Sequence record: MW749006.1 | DNA length: 64,000 nt | Reading direction: 5' to 3' (one strand) | Shown: piece by piece, positions 37,911 through 48,268 of the stretch | Position numbering within the stretch: position 1 is the stretch's first letter | Layout of the letters: each line of letters starts with the position of its first letter | Notes under the pieces: model-generated | Databases searched by the model: none | Seen by the model: the letters and a program-made list of their open reading frames with translations, nothing else | What the model was told of the DNA's origin: nothing | Made by a program: the position numbers and the translations under genes

Positions 37911-38876
37911 CTACCAATCATTGTTGTTGGTACCTTGAATTCCGTCTACTACAGTGTTGATCAACTTAACAAACTCATCACCACGACCTCTTTTATTAAC
38001 TCGCTCAATAACACCAGAGATACCAGTGCGTTTAAAGCTACGGTCAGTTAAAGAAGTATAGACCATAGCACACCAAGTAGGTGGATGAGACAATGCTAAT
38101 AGAGCTAACTCTTTACTACTGCTACCCATCCAAGAGTTCGCAAACAAAGAAAACAGTAAGTTAGAGTCTAATCCCTTTAAACGGATATTATCAGTGACTA
38201 TATAGCAAGCTTCACAAAAATCATCTAGTGTCTTCATGTCACCAGCTTCTTGGTAAACTTCTTCAATTAACTTAGGAACTAAAATCTCTTCCTTAGAACG
38301 AATCAATAGTTTATCAAAGTCATCGCTAGTAAAGGTATCAATGAACAGACTTGAGTAGTATATTAAAGCCAATACTTTAAGTCGTAATTGATCACCCATA
38401 CCTAAACCAAACTTACGAGTGAGTCCGTCTGAGATCCATTCGGCATATGCCATATGAGATAGTTTGAGAGAGTAAATAGAACTTTCCTTACCTAAGTACC
38501 ATTGAGCACTTAAAAGGTAACGTCTGTATGCTAACCCAAACTCAGACTGGTTTCTAATCTCAAAAGAATCTTTACTAGGACTCAACTTAACATACGGACG
38601 CATATCCATGGCTAATATATTGGAGTCGGGAACCGCATACATATGGTTGAATGCTGGAATGTCTTTTTCACTATCAGTTAACCCAACAAGGAACACAGGT
38701 GAGTAATCACTACTAGTTAAATTAGATACCATATTCTTATCTAACAAACCCTTTTGTCCAATCTTACTACGTATATACATATAGTCAGTAATTACATAAT
38801 GTTTTAGTGGTCTGTTAATTCGGTTCACGTCCACTAAATCTAGTGGTTTTGTATCGTATGGATTTCTTAGGATCAT
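37911..38876 (-). CDS. Conserved core protein (phiKZ gp28-like position)
   Basis: ATG 38876 with GGAAGGA SD (upstream extension overlaps sheath); synteny. Confidence 0.65.
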   Translation of the reverse strand: MILRNPYDTKPLDLVDVNRINRPLKHYVITDYMYIRSKIGQKGLLDKNMVSNLTSSDYSPVFLVGLTDSEKDIPAFNHMYAVPDSNILAMDMRPYVKLSPSKDSFEIRNQSEFGLAYRRYLLSAQWYLGKESSIYSLKLSHMAYAEWISDGLTRKFGLGMGDQLRLKVLALIYYSSLFIDTFTSDDFDKLLIRSKEEILVPKLIEEVYQEAGDMKTLDDFCEACYIVTDNIRLKGLDSNLLFSLFANSWMGSSSKELALLALSHPPTWCAMVYTSLTDRSFKRTGISGVIERVNKRGRGDEFVKLINTVVDGIQGTNNNDW

Positions 38877-38945
38877 GGTTAATTCCTTCCCAAATTTATG
38901 TGGTAGTTCAAAAAATGCCCTTCTGCTCTCAAAGGAGTTTAAAAT

Positions 38946-41039
38946 ATGTCTGATATCATCAACGCAGCACCGATGGTTATTGATCAAGGCACTCAAGATT
39001 TAAGTACTCGAGTTGTTCCTACTCAACCATTACTGTTCCCCCAACATTTACCAAAAGTATATCTTTTTGCAGAGAAGGGTCCTATTGGTCCTAACTATGT
39101 AGATTTTGATAACACCGCTATCACTAAAGTTTACGGTGATAACACTTTTGATGTTAACGGTAAATACCACACACACCAAACTCCATTTGCTCAGAAGTTC
39201 GCTGCTAACGCTAACAACTGTGTAATCCACCGTTTGGTTCCACAAGACGCTAATGACCGTGCTAACGTTGCACTGTACCTAGACATCTTAGAAACACAAG
39301 TACCTGTCTATGAAAAGAACTCTGATGGTTCTTTGAAAGTAGATGATTTCAACAACCCAATCGTAGCTGAAGATTCAGGTGGTGAGCCAATCACCATCAA
39401 TGGTTATAAAGTAGCATGGGTAACTGATAAAACTGAAGCACTGGTTGGTGAGTATACTCCAGGTCAGTTGACTGTTCGTCCTGGTGTACAGGTAGACGGT
39501 TCTACTCAATCACAACAGTACCCTATCTTCGAATTCGCAGCTCAAGACGCTGGTGAAGGTGGTAACTTATTAGGTGTTAAACTGTATGCTGCTAACGGTG
39601 CAGACGTAATGCCTTTCCCTTCAGCTCAGTTGAATGAAGGTAAACAATACCCATACTACTTCGGTATGAGTCGTGTAGTAGATTCGATTTCTGGTAAAGT
39701 CAACGCTGTGATGAATAGCTTTGGTTCACAGATGTCTAAGTTATCTTTCAAGTCTGACGGTATTGATCCAGCTAGCGGTGCTAACATTAGTTTAGCTAAA
39801 GTAGTTAAGGATCAGTATATCGACCTACCTTCTAACTTAAGCACTGATTTAGGTACTGCTTTTGTTTATGATGGTAACTTGAATACTGTTCTTGGTTTGA
39901 TGTATAACCTTGAAAAGAACATTACTGATGAACATCGTGATAACGTTATTCGTAACGACGAAGATAACTTGTTTGCTCTGAACATTCTTAACTTCACTAG
40001 CAGTAACGGTTCACCTTACCAGGCTCTTAAGTTAGTTGATGTTTCAGGTAGCGTTCGTTTAGGTAAAAACACTAACGTATTCTTGAGCGGTGGTAGTGAT
40101 GGTACTATCAACGAAGCTGTACTAGATTCATTAGTAGCTGCTGACCTACAGAACTACGCTGACGGTCTACATGAATACCAGGACTTAGTTGGTCACCCAG
40201 AATCTATCATTTACGATAGTGGTTTTGGTTTGAGCACTAAGAAAGTATTCCCTAAGTTCATTGCACTACGTAAAGATACCTTTGTTGTTCTGTCTAGCTA
40301 CGCTCATGACATCGGTATGAGTATGTTAGCGGACCAAACGTCTGTTGCCATTGCTCTTAAGACAATGATGGAACTGTATCCTGAGTCAGCTACATTCGGT
40401 ACTCCGGTTATGCGTGGTGTTGTTATGGCTGCTTCTGGTTATATCAACGGTTCACTGTACACCAAACGTGTTCCTACTACCTATGAGTTAGCTCACAAAG
40501 CTTCTCGTTACATGGGTGCTAAGAACGGTGCTTGGACTAACGGTCTGCGTTTTGATAAGGCTCCATTGTCTGTTATTACTCAGTTGCGTGATCTTGATAT
40601 CACTTGGGTTCCAACGTCTACTCGTAATAAGTTGTGGGCTGTTGGTCTTAACTTCCCGCTGAACTACCAGGCTCGTCGTCAGTTCTTCCCTGCAATTCAA
40701 ACTGTTTATCAGGATGACACTTCAGTGTTGAACAGCTTCTTCACCACAGTTGCTATCTCTTACCTTAACAAGATTGCTCACGCAGCTTGGAGAGAGTTCA
40801 CAGGTGATGTAAGTCTGACTTCAGCTCAGTTAGAAAACGAAGTTAATAACTTTGTATCTGGTTTGGTTAAAGATAAGTTTGATGGTCTGTTTGTTATTGT
40901 TCCTGATTGTACAGTAACTGAGTTGGATGAGTTGCGTGGTTTCTCTTGGACTTTACCAATTAAGATCTACTCTAACAACATGAAAACTGTAATGAGTACT
41001 TCGGTTCAGGCTCTACGTCAGTCCGATTTAGATTCTTAA
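38946..41039 (+). CDS. Tail sheath protein (phiKZ gp29-like)
   Basis: NAAP..I.QG..D, PQHLP, GGSDG, YDSGF, YQDDTSVLN; 697 aa. Confidence 0.9.
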   Translation: MSDIINAAPMVIDQGTQDLSTRVVPTQPLLFPQHLPKVYLFAEKGPIGPNYVDFDNTAITKVYGDNTFDVNGKYHTHQTPFAQKFAANANNCVIHRLVPQDANDRANVALYLDILETQVPVYEKNSDGSLKVDDFNNPIVAEDSGGEPITINGYKVAWVTDKTEALVGEYTPGQLTVRPGVQVDGSTQSQQYPIFEFAAQDAGEGGNLLGVKLYAANGADVMPFPSAQLNEGKQYPYYFGMSRVVDSISGKVNAVMNSFGSQMSKLSFKSDGIDPASGANISLAKVVKDQYIDLPSNLSTDLGTAFVYDGNLNTVLGLMYNLEKNITDEHRDNVIRNDEDNLFALNILNFTSSNGSPYQALKLVDVSGSVRLGKNTNVFLSGGSDGTINEAVLDSLVAADLQNYADGLHEYQDLVGHPESIIYDSGFGLSTKKVFPKFIALRKDTFVVLSSYAHDIGMSMLADQTSVAIALKTMMELYPESATFGTPVMRGVVMAASGYINGSLYTKRVPTTYELAHKASRYMGAKNGAWTNGLRFDKAPLSVITQLRDLDITWVPTSTRNKLWAVGLNFPLNYQARRQFFPAIQTVYQDDTSVLNSFFTTVAISYLNKIAHAAWREFTGDVSLTSAQLENEVNNFVSGLVKDKFDGLFVIVPDCTVTELDELRGFSWTLPIKIYSNNMKTVMSTSVQALRQSDLDS

Positions 41040-41077
41040 TCTTTCTAACCAGATAAAAAACTTGAGAGGAATAAACA

Positions 41078-41944
41078 ATGAGTCGTATTACTAACGCTTT
41101 GTTGTCCAATGGTTACAACAAAACAAACAATGCAATGCTTGACCTGCAACATGGTGGTCAAGGTGGTTGGATGCCTAACCACACTGAGTGGATCAGTAAC
41201 CAAGCTTACGTATCACGTCCTTTGGTATGTGTTATGTTGGAAGCTCCTCAGATGTTTAAGCGTATGCCTAACCCTGAGAAGTGGATTGCTAGCTTGAAAG
41301 CTTTATTTGAACTACATCCACGTAGTATCGAAGGTTTGGCTGCTGGTCTTAAAGTTGATACTGATGAGCACGCTGTAGGTGGTGCTGGTGAAATGCAAAC
41401 TGAGATTGTTAACGTTACTCGTGAACGTTCAACTCCTCGTTTTGCTTACACTGAGAAGTATGGTCGTCCTATTCAGAACTTGTTAGACTTCTGGATTCGC
41501 TACGGTATGATGGATCCAGAGACTAAGTTTGCTCTTCTGGGTGCTACTAGCGGACAAGGTATGACTGATCACCTGGCTGATTGGTATAGTGCTACATGTC
41601 TGTTCTTTGAACCAGACCACAACCACAAGCGTGTTGATAAAGCTTGGATTGTTACTAACATGTTCCCAACTAGCAACGGTGATTTAGTTGCTAAGCGTGA
41701 CTTGACGAGTTCACAAGAAATTCTGCAGTTGGATATTGAATTTCCTGGTATTGCTCAATCAGGTTTTGGTGTTAAAGCTTTTGCTCAGGGTATCCTTGAC
41801 AAGATCAATATCACTAACGCTGATCCTAACATGAAGCCTTCTTTCATTACTGACATTCACGCTGACGTTAAAGCAGCTGACAAAGTTGGTTATAAGAGCT
41901 GGACTGAAGAAGTAGGTAAAACAGCTATGGATAAGATGTCTTAA
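41078..41944 (+). CDS. Tail tube protein (phiKZ gp30-like)
   Basis: NQAYV..LEAP, VGGAGEM, VTRERS; follows sheath. Confidence 0.85.
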   Translation: MSRITNALLSNGYNKTNNAMLDLQHGGQGGWMPNHTEWISNQAYVSRPLVCVMLEAPQMFKRMPNPEKWIASLKALFELHPRSIEGLAAGLKVDTDEHAVGGAGEMQTEIVNVTRERSTPRFAYTEKYGRPIQNLLDFWIRYGMMDPETKFALLGATSGQGMTDHLADWYSATCLFFEPDHNHKRVDKAWIVTNMFPTSNGDLVAKRDLTSSQEILQLDIEFPGIAQSGFGVKAFAQGILDKINITNADPNMKPSFITDIHADVKAADKVGYKSWTEEVGKTAMDKMS

Positions 41945-41963
41945 TCCTAACTGTGTGAAGAAT

Positions 41964-42002
41964 CCACCACCTAGGGTTCGCCTTAGGTGGTGGGTATCTT
42001 TT
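41964..42002 (+). terminator. Hairpin of the ccaccac/ccactac terminator family
   Basis: ccaccacctagg-gttcg-ccttaggtggtgg. Confidence 0.65.
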
Positions 42003-42035
42003 GGATATTTAGCTAACAGTTAAAGGCGGTGTGTT

Positions 42036-42824
42036 GTGGAGATCATCAAGTTTACAGAAGCAGTATTTGCTTCTAAGGGAATGAAGGGTATTATTACCCC
42101 TGATAGTGACGGTTATTATACAGTAGTTGTTGGTGCTCTCAACACTTATAACAGTGCTGGTGAGTACTATACCGCACAAGACGCTACAGAGCTGTTTAAC
42201 AGCTCTTCTATCTTTATGCGACGTGTTAAGAATGGTGCTCTTTACGCTGAAGTAGGACACCCTAAGAAGCTTCCTGGGATGGGTAACGACGAGTTCTATA
42301 ATCGTGTTCTCTCTATTGAAGAGACTAACGTATGCGGACACTTTAGTGAGATCAGTTTAGATCCTAGTTTTGGTGCTAAACATCCTGAATTAAACAATCC
42401 TGATTTGATCGCTATCATTGCTAAAGTTAAACCAGCTGGTCCTAAAGCTGAAGCATTACGTATTGCGTTAGAGAATCCTAAACAGAACTCAGCTTTTAGT
42501 ATTCGTGCTTTGACTGAGAACAAGTTTAGAAATGGTCGAGTAGAAAGGCGCTTAACTACTATCGTTACTTTTGACTTTGTATTAGAACCTGGTATCAGTG
42601 TGGCCACTAAAGCTATGTCTCCTGGTTTAGAAGATCATAAAGAACGTCAGAGTTATTCTGTTAAAGAGGTAAGTGATACTACAGTTGATCGTGCTGTCTT
42701 AGCAAGTGTGCTTAAACGTAACTTGGAGTTTGTTGGTATGGAGTCTAACAGTCGTGCTTTGTATGATGACGTACTGAAAGGTTTAGCTCCTCGTCAAGTT
42801 AAGAGTAAGTTGAGTGATTGGTGA
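42036..42824 (+). CDS. Prohead (head maturation) protease, phiKZ gp175/T4 gp21-like
   Basis: GALNTYNS.G..Y, YAEVGHP (His), FSIR (Ser), TFDFV.EPG. Confidence 0.75.
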   Translation: MEIIKFTEAVFASKGMKGIITPDSDGYYTVVVGALNTYNSAGEYYTAQDATELFNSSSIFMRRVKNGALYAEVGHPKKLPGMGNDEFYNRVLSIEETNVCGHFSEISLDPSFGAKHPELNNPDLIAIIAKVKPAGPKAEALRIALENPKQNSAFSIRALTENKFRNGRVERRLTTIVTFDFVLEPGISVATKAMSPGLEDHKERQSYSVKEVSDTTVDRAVLASVLKRNLEFVGMESNSRALYDDVLKGLAPRQVKSKLSDW

Positions 42825-42835
42825 TTAACATTACT

Positions 42836-42866
42836 AGGAGAGGAGGACTTCGGTTCTTCTCTCTTG
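42836..42866 (+). terminator. Intrinsic terminator
   Basis: Stem with TTCG loop. Confidence 0.65.
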
Positions 42867-42887
42867 GTTATTGAAGTTTTTATGATT

Positions 42888-42899
42888 ACATATATAACA
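42888..42899 (+). promoter_or_regulatory. Putative early promoter
   Basis: TTGAA-N12-ACATATATAACA. Confidence 0.65.
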
Positions 42900-42947
42900 C
42901 TTAGAGACTATACAGAATACATCTGTTAGGACATTGGAGTAATAATT

Positions 42948-43556
42948 ATGAAAGAAGAAGTATTTAATAAGTTAGTTTTAGAACACATTACTAACCTTGG
43001 TGGATTCTACAACACAATGGACCGAGCTCACGGGTTAGATCACTTTAAACGAGTGTTTGATTGTGGAGTTGTTTTAAACAATTCATTGTCCTACGAAGAT
43101 CAGTTCAGTGAAAGAATGATCTTTGCAGTTGCTTACACCCATGACATATTCACTGCTGTTTGTCGTGAACACCACCACACTTTCGCTGGGCAGTTTGTGC
43201 GTAACAACGCTAAACTCTTCTTTGGGTACTTGTGTTCAGGTGAGATAGAATTTGTAGCTTTAGCTTGTGAACAACACAGGGCTAGTTACACTGGTAAGTT
43301 TACTAATCCTTTCTGTGAACTTATGAACTCAGCAGACCGAGAACTACCTACGTCAGCTAAAGATATCTTAGCCAGAGCTATTCTTTACCGTGAGGACCAT
43401 TATCCTCATGAAACTAAAGAACAAGTCTTAGCTGAGTCAGTCCAACACTTGAAAGACAAATTCGGTCACGGAGGTTACGCACGCTACCCTGATCTTTACG
43501 AACGTACCTTTAAGAAGGAGTTAGATTTTATTAGAGACGAGATAGCTCATATGTAA
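42948..43556 (+). CDS. HD-domain phosphohydrolase
   Basis: AHG.DH..RV, YTHD, EQHR, SAD motifs. Confidence 0.85.
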   Translation: MKEEVFNKLVLEHITNLGGFYNTMDRAHGLDHFKRVFDCGVVLNNSLSYEDQFSERMIFAVAYTHDIFTAVCREHHHTFAGQFVRNNAKLFFGYLCSGEIEFVALACEQHRASYTGKFTNPFCELMNSADRELPTSAKDILARAILYREDHYPHETKEQVLAESVQHLKDKFGHGGYARYPDLYERTFKKELDFIRDEIAHM

Positions 43557-43559
43557 TAC

Positions 43560-43595
43560 AGAGAGAGGACTAACCATCCTCTCTTTCTTTTTTCC
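43560..43595 (+). terminator. Intrinsic terminator
   Basis: Hairpin plus T tract. Confidence 0.6.
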
Positions 43596-43639
43596 TTTAA
43601 CCTTACATTTATTGAACCTAACCAAAGGAGTTAATTCTC

Positions 43640-43759
43640 GTGAAAATTAAAACTAAGTTTGGACAAGTCCCTTCTAAACAGAAGACAGTTGCTGAAGTAA
43701 TGGAACAGCGTTTAGAAGAAGAGAAAGCTAAACGTAAAACTGAAGAAAAGAAAGACTAA
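43640..43759 (+). CDS. Small charged protein (39 aa)
   Basis: Hand-translated MKIKTKFGQV...; AAGGAG SD, GTG start. Confidence 0.5.
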   Translation: MKIKTKFGQVPSKQKTVAEVMEQRLEEEKAKRKTEEKKD

Positions 43760-43762
43760 CTA

Positions 43763-44065
43763 ATGCTTAAGATATCTTCAGTTCAAGATGACTTATCTTC
43801 GTTGTTAGAATCTGAACACATCGTTGTTTGTTTCAATGACCTATATAAGTCGGTTGGACTTAACCCACCAACTAAAACCCTACACATGGACTTATTCTTA
43901 CACCACGCTTATTGTCCAACTGTAGAGATAGATACAGATATAGAAGCTGCTAATCCTGATTTAGATAAATGGGATATTGCAGTTAGAGTAGATATGATAG
44001 AAGTTATATTATCTAAAGTCTACACTGATAAAAGATTAGATTCAATATTACAAGTGTACTTCTGA
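43763..44065 (+). CDS. Hypothetical protein
   Basis: 100-aa ORF. Confidence 0.6.
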   Translation: MLKISSVQDDLSSLLESEHIVVCFNDLYKSVGLNPPTKTLHMDLFLHHAYCPTVEIDTDIEAANPDLDKWDIAVRVDMIEVILSKVYTDKRLDSILQVYF

Positions 44066-44078
44066 ACAATACATAGGT

Positions 44079-44130
44079 ACATATATAATACATAGATGTC
44101 TATACCTATCAGCTTAGGTTGGTAGGTATA
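44079..44130 (+). promoter_or_regulatory. Putative early promoter plus 5' hairpin
   Basis: CTGAA-N12-ACATATATAATA; 13-bp stem at 44101..44130. Confidence 0.75.
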
Positions 44131-44155
44131 GTTACTTCCATATAGGAGAAACAAT

Positions 44156-44506
44156 ATGCTTTACATTGTACGTGGGTTATCAGATAACGCAAATAGCGAT
44201 ATTGCAGTGCAGATGGGTATAGATGGTTTAGTTGATTCGGTAATCGGAACTAGCGATATGTTATACCAAGCTGCTTGTGTTCGTGAAGCTGAACTGGAAT
44301 TAGCAAAAGGATTACGAGTAGCTGTGTCTTGTCCTCTTTGGTATAAAGAAGCGGTTGAACTCTTTACTAAGTTAACTGATAAGTTTGAAGTAATCCGTGT
44401 AGAACCTAACACCGATGGTTTAGTAGACAAAGCTACGTTGGGTTATCTTGAAGATCGTTTTGAAGATTATCCAGGTGAAACTATTATTAACGCTATTAAT
44501 AACTAA
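44156..44506 (+). CDS. Degenerate P-loop kinase-like protein
   Basis: LYIVRGL start resembles Pnk/AAA_33 kinases, but GKS/T is replaced by ANS. Confidence 0.5.
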   Translation: MLYIVRGLSDNANSDIAVQMGIDGLVDSVIGTSDMLYQAACVREAELELAKGLRVAVSCPLWYKEAVELFTKLTDKFEVIRVEPNTDGLVDKATLGYLEDRFEDYPGETIINAINN

Positions 44507-44517
44507 GAGGATAAGTT

Positions 44518-45177
44518 ATGTGGTTGAAACTAATTACTGCAGTAGAACAATTACCTAAAGGAGTTGTACCTGTTAAGTTACCTGTCGTGTATGACACTAT
44601 GACAGAGTTGTATTATGAATTAGGAGAAGGTAAACCGTTCACTAAAGACGAGTCTTACATAGAACCTATTCCGCTAGTTAACTTAGATCGAGATAATCGA
44701 ATCTTAAAGTTCATGTCTGTCTTAACTGGGATTAAAACTGGCACTCCAAGACAGCAAAGTAAGATACATAGTTTTCTTCTTACTAAACACTCCAAGACAA
44801 CAAACAACAATGACTATCTAACTAGAGACTGTATGTCGCCTCGTTGTATCTACAATCTAGGTTCTCTCTGGAGACGATTAACTGACATGTATCACTGTGG
44901 TCAAAAGTTCTTAGTAGAAGAATTAGATGTCAGAGATCGTGACACGGTAAAAAGAACATCGTTGATTGGTTACACTAATAGAAACCTAACAGGTTACATC
45001 TGTGTTGCGTTTGGTATCATGGGTGGTTTGAAAGGTATTGTAGAAGTGACTAAACACGAAGGTGACAAGGTAGAATTTAAGATGTTAGGTATTGGCAATA
45101 GAAGTAGTAATATTAAAGGATATCTAGCACCCATTCACCATGTATCTAAACAAGAAGTTTGGAAGACAACGGAGTAA
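44518..45177 (+). CDS. Hypothetical protein
   Basis: 219-aa ORF. Confidence 0.7.
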   Translation: MWLKLITAVEQLPKGVVPVKLPVVYDTMTELYYELGEGKPFTKDESYIEPIPLVNLDRDNRILKFMSVLTGIKTGTPRQQSKIHSFLLTKHSKTTNNNDYLTRDCMSPRCIYNLGSLWRRLTDMYHCGQKFLVEELDVRDRDTVKRTSLIGYTNRNLTGYICVAFGIMGGLKGIVEVTKHEGDKVEFKMLGIGNRSSNIKGYLAPIHHVSKQEVWKTTE

Positions 45178-45181
45178 ACTC

Positions 45182-45616
45182 ATGAGACTATTTCAGAAGA
45201 CCAAAGACGGTGGTAAAGATTCTACGGTAGACGCTTTCTTTCTAATTGAATTGAAAGGTTTATTTAGTGTAGCTTTGTTACGCTTTAATAAAGGTAGTAG
45301 AGTTAACTATCACAGTCACGCGTTCAATGCTTTTACTTGGTTCCTATCTGGAGACATGGTAGAACATCGTTTAAGTAATAACTCAGTTACTGTGAAGGAA
45401 ACTAAATACAAGCGTAGTGTATTCCCTAAGGTCACAAGTAAAGATAACTTACACAAAGTTATAGCTAACGAGACTTCATGGTGTTTTACTATCCGTGGTC
45501 CGTGGTCAGATCAATGGGTAGAGTTTAATCAAGAAAGACTTGAGAAGATTACATTAACTCATGGTCGTAAAGTAGTGAAAGTTGAAGAATTAAAAGATAT
45601 TATTAAAGTAGTTTAA
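45182..45616 (+). CDS. Cupin-fold phage protein
   Basis: YHSHAF...E...LHKV...WCFTIRGPW; ATG 45182 after GGAG. Confidence 0.7.
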   Translation: MRLFQKTKDGGKDSTVDAFFLIELKGLFSVALLRFNKGSRVNYHSHAFNAFTWFLSGDMVEHRLSNNSVTVKETKYKRSVFPKVTSKDNLHKVIANETSWCFTIRGPWSDQWVEFNQERLEKITLTHGRKVVKVEELKDIIKVV

Positions 45617-45631
45617 TTAGAGAGAACAATT

Positions 45632-46138
45632 ATGTTGGATAAATTACAGATCCATATTAAAGAGTTACAAAACGACCCTGAAGGAAACTCTAGAGAAATT
45701 AACACCAAATACGGAGTCATTACTGTTAAGTTTCATCGCGACACTAGGTTAGGTGAGATAATAGCAAACCCCGTAACAGTTACTAGTTTGTTTTTAAAGA
45801 ACGTTATTAGTGACACCCCGTCCGCTTCACTTGTAATAGAAGATCTACTTAAAATCACCTGCCTACTTAAAGATGTTCGCGTGGAAATGAATAATTTTCA
45901 GGATGCCAAGATACACTTGTATTCTGAAGTATTGGACTTAGCTTCTATTGATGTTATAGCTGTAACCATTGATGTCAGATCTAAAGTCAAATTAACCCGA
46001 GTAGAAAAGATCTATCAAACAGAACAACTTTACAAACAAGGTTACACTCAGATGGAGATTGCTAATCGTTTAAACGTTAGTCAAAAAACTATCAGTAATT
46101 ACATTAAGAAAATTGGAGAAACAAATGTCAAAAGCTAA
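45632..46138 (+). CDS. Protein with C-terminal helix-turn-helix
   Basis: GYTQMEIANRLNVSQKTISNY. Confidence 0.75.
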   Translation: MLDKLQIHIKELQNDPEGNSREINTKYGVITVKFHRDTRLGEIIANPVTVTSLFLKNVISDTPSASLVIEDLLKITCLLKDVRVEMNNFQDAKIHLYSEVLDLASIDVIAVTIDVRSKVKLTRVEKIYQTEQLYKQGYTQMEIANRLNVSQKTISNYIKKIGETNVKS

Positions 46139-47138
46139 AGACGTAGTTCTATTTCACGCACAGTGCACCGACGGTATGTTTGCGGCATACGCACACTACC
46201 TCTGTAAAGGCAGTAGAGCTAACACAGTGTATATCCCTGTAGGTTACACAGGTCTTCGGGATAAGTCTCCTAGTGAAGTTGTAGAGTCTCTACTATGTAA
46301 TATTGAAGATATTGAAAAACGTGATGTTTATATCTTAGACTTCTCGTTTGATCCAGTAGTCTTAGAGTTGATGGGTAAGAAAGTTAACAGTGTTCTTATT
46401 TTAGATCACCACCTATCTGCTAGTAAGGTCTACTCAGACCACTACAAAGAAGAAGCTAAAAATGGTATTCTACAACTGAACATCACTGATAACACTCGTG
46501 TCTTCTTCGACATGAATCGCAGTGGTGCTATGATTGCGTTCAATTACTTCTTCCCTGATATTTCTACTGAGAACGTACCTACCCCGTTCAAGTGGGTGCA
46601 GGATCGTGATTTGTGGAAGTTTGAATACGGTCAGACTAAAGAGTTTGCGGCTGGTATTCGTCACCATACTGCTATGTTAGACTTTAAGAAAGTGGGAGAT
46701 CTTCAAGTACTACATAACCTACTTGAACATGAGCTTTCTAAAGTAATGTCTACAGGTACTTTACTTGTTACTGAACGAGAAGATCGTGTTAACCGTGAGA
46801 AGAAAAACGGTTATAAGCAAGTGTGGATTAACGGTCAGAGAGTAGCATTCATCAACGCACCTTTAGACATTGCATCTGAGTTAGGTAACTCTATTGTAAT
46901 GGACGGTCGTGTTGGTATTGCTGTTATCTATGTAGTAGCACCTGGACGTTCTAGTGATCAACGCGAAGATCTTCCTACAGTGTTATGTTCTATTCGCTCA
47001 CATGACGACGTAGATAGTTTGTTCTTTGCTAAACACTTTGGTGGTGGTGGTCACGCTCAATCTAACGGTTGCGCTATCTCCTTAGAACAACTCAACCGCT
47101 TCTTAACTGTGAAGGGTAACCACACTCTAGTTAAGTAA
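46125..47138 (+). CDS. DHH/DHHA1 family phosphoesterase
   Basis: FH..CTDG, ILDFS, LDHH, GGGGH; ATG 46125 after GGAGA. Confidence 0.85.
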   Translation: MSKAKDVVLFHAQCTDGMFAAYAHYLCKGSRANTVYIPVGYTGLRDKSPSEVVESLLCNIEDIEKRDVYILDFSFDPVVLELMGKKVNSVLILDHHLSASKVYSDHYKEEAKNGILQLNITDNTRVFFDMNRSGAMIAFNYFFPDISTENVPTPFKWVQDRDLWKFEYGQTKEFAAGIRHHTAMLDFKKVGDLQVLHNLLEHELSKVMSTGTLLVTEREDRVNREKKNGYKQVWINGQRVAFINAPLDIASELGNSIVMDGRVGIAVIYVVAPGRSSDQREDLPTVLCSIRSHDDVDSLFFAKHFGGGGHAQSNGCAISLEQLNRFLTVKGNHTLVK

Positions 47139-47187
47139 TTTAAACACTCCCAGAGGGATTGTAGTTCCTCTGGGTTAGGGTACAGAA

Positions 47188-47436
47188 ATGCACATCGAGA
47201 ATAAAGAAATAACTTATAAATTCACTATCAGAGGGAATAAGTTTAAGATTGTTATATGGAAAGGTTTCATTAGAGTTTACAAGGAAAGGAGTGAAATCAC
47301 TACCTTAATACCTAGTCAACTAAAGAACATACTAAACGCTTTAGAGTATAAAGTATTTGGTGTATCAAATTACACTGAATTCGGATATGAAATACTATCC
47401 CCTCCAGAACGTTTTAATCTTGCTACCAAGGAATAA
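47188..47436 (+). CDS. Hypothetical protein
   Basis: 82-aa ORF. Confidence 0.55.
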   Translation: MHIENKEITYKFTIRGNKFKIVIWKGFIRVYKERSEITTLIPSQLKNILNALEYKVFGVSNYTEFGYEILSPPERFNLATKE

Positions 47437-47440
47437 CCTA

Positions 47441-47692
47441 ATGACTAAACATATTATAAGTCACACCAAGTTAACAAATGAATCTCATAACTTAGTTATC
47501 TACGAAGGAGACACTAAAGACATTTACAAAGTACGCGTGGATGGTGAAAAGATAAAAATCCATCATCTATTACAAGACGACCAGGGGTTGATAAAATACC
47601 CAGTGTCTCTCCTGTCTGAGATCGGGTTGGATATTACTTCTTTATTAAACTTTGAAGCTTGGAGTAGTGACGATGACCATGTTAGTAGTTAA
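47441..47692 (+). CDS. Small paralogue-array protein 1
   Basis: VIYEGDTKDIYKV motif; AAGGA SD. Confidence 0.65.
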   Translation: MTKHIISHTKLTNESHNLVIYEGDTKDIYKVRVDGEKIKIHHLLQDDQGLIKYPVSLLSEIGLDITSLLNFEAWSSDDDHVSS

Positions 47693-47987
47693 CACTAAAT
47701 CAGATAACCACGGTAATAAAAAGGTTCTCGTACACGACTCAGCTACAGGTCATTTATATGAAGTAGAATATCTGTCTACAGGAGGAGCTTCGGTTAAGGT
47801 ATTAAATACAACTGATACTGGTGTGGTAAACAAGAAAGCAGTTGACTTATCCACAGAAGAAGCTAAGAAACTTTTCTCTTCTGTTAAGGGTATGAACGTG
47901 ACTAACACTATTCTTAAAGAACACTTGATAGTCTACACTCTAGTGGAATCTAAACCACGTTCCAGTGGTAGTGGGGTGTTAGCGTAA
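47673..47987 (+). CDS. Small paralogue-array protein 2
   Basis: LVHDSATGHLYEV. Confidence 0.65.
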   Translation: MTMLVVNTKSDNHGNKKVLVHDSATGHLYEVEYLSTGGASVKVLNTTDTGVVNKKAVDLSTEEAKKLFSSVKGMNVTNTILKEHLIVYTLVESKPRSSGSGVLA

Positions 47988-48262
47988 TGGCTATGTTTAT
48001 CTTGAACCACCAACAATCAGCTGGAGAACAGATCTTTACTGTGCTAGATGGTTCTGCTAATATCCTTTACTATGTATCACTGGAAAAGAACTTGATGGGT
48101 ATTTCAGTTCTTAAAGAGGTTGTCGGTAGATTAACTAGAATAGTAGTTGACATACCAGACAGTAAAGCTAAAGAAATAGCTGACTTAGTTACTCCGGACG
48201 GAGTAGATGAAATTAGACCTATTAAAGAAATCCGTTATGTATTAAAACTAGCTAAGGGGTAA
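47987..48262 (+). CDS. Small paralogue-array protein 3
   Basis: TVLDGSANILYYV. Confidence 0.65.
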   Translation: MAMFILNHQQSAGEQIFTVLDGSANILYYVSLEKNLMGISVLKEVVGRLTRIVVDIPDSKAKEIADLVTPDGVDEIRPIKEIRYVLKLAKG

Positions 48263-48268
48263 AGTCCG

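Noticed and set aside
42036-42824. Naming a host or phage species
   Set aside because: Cannot be supported without a database search
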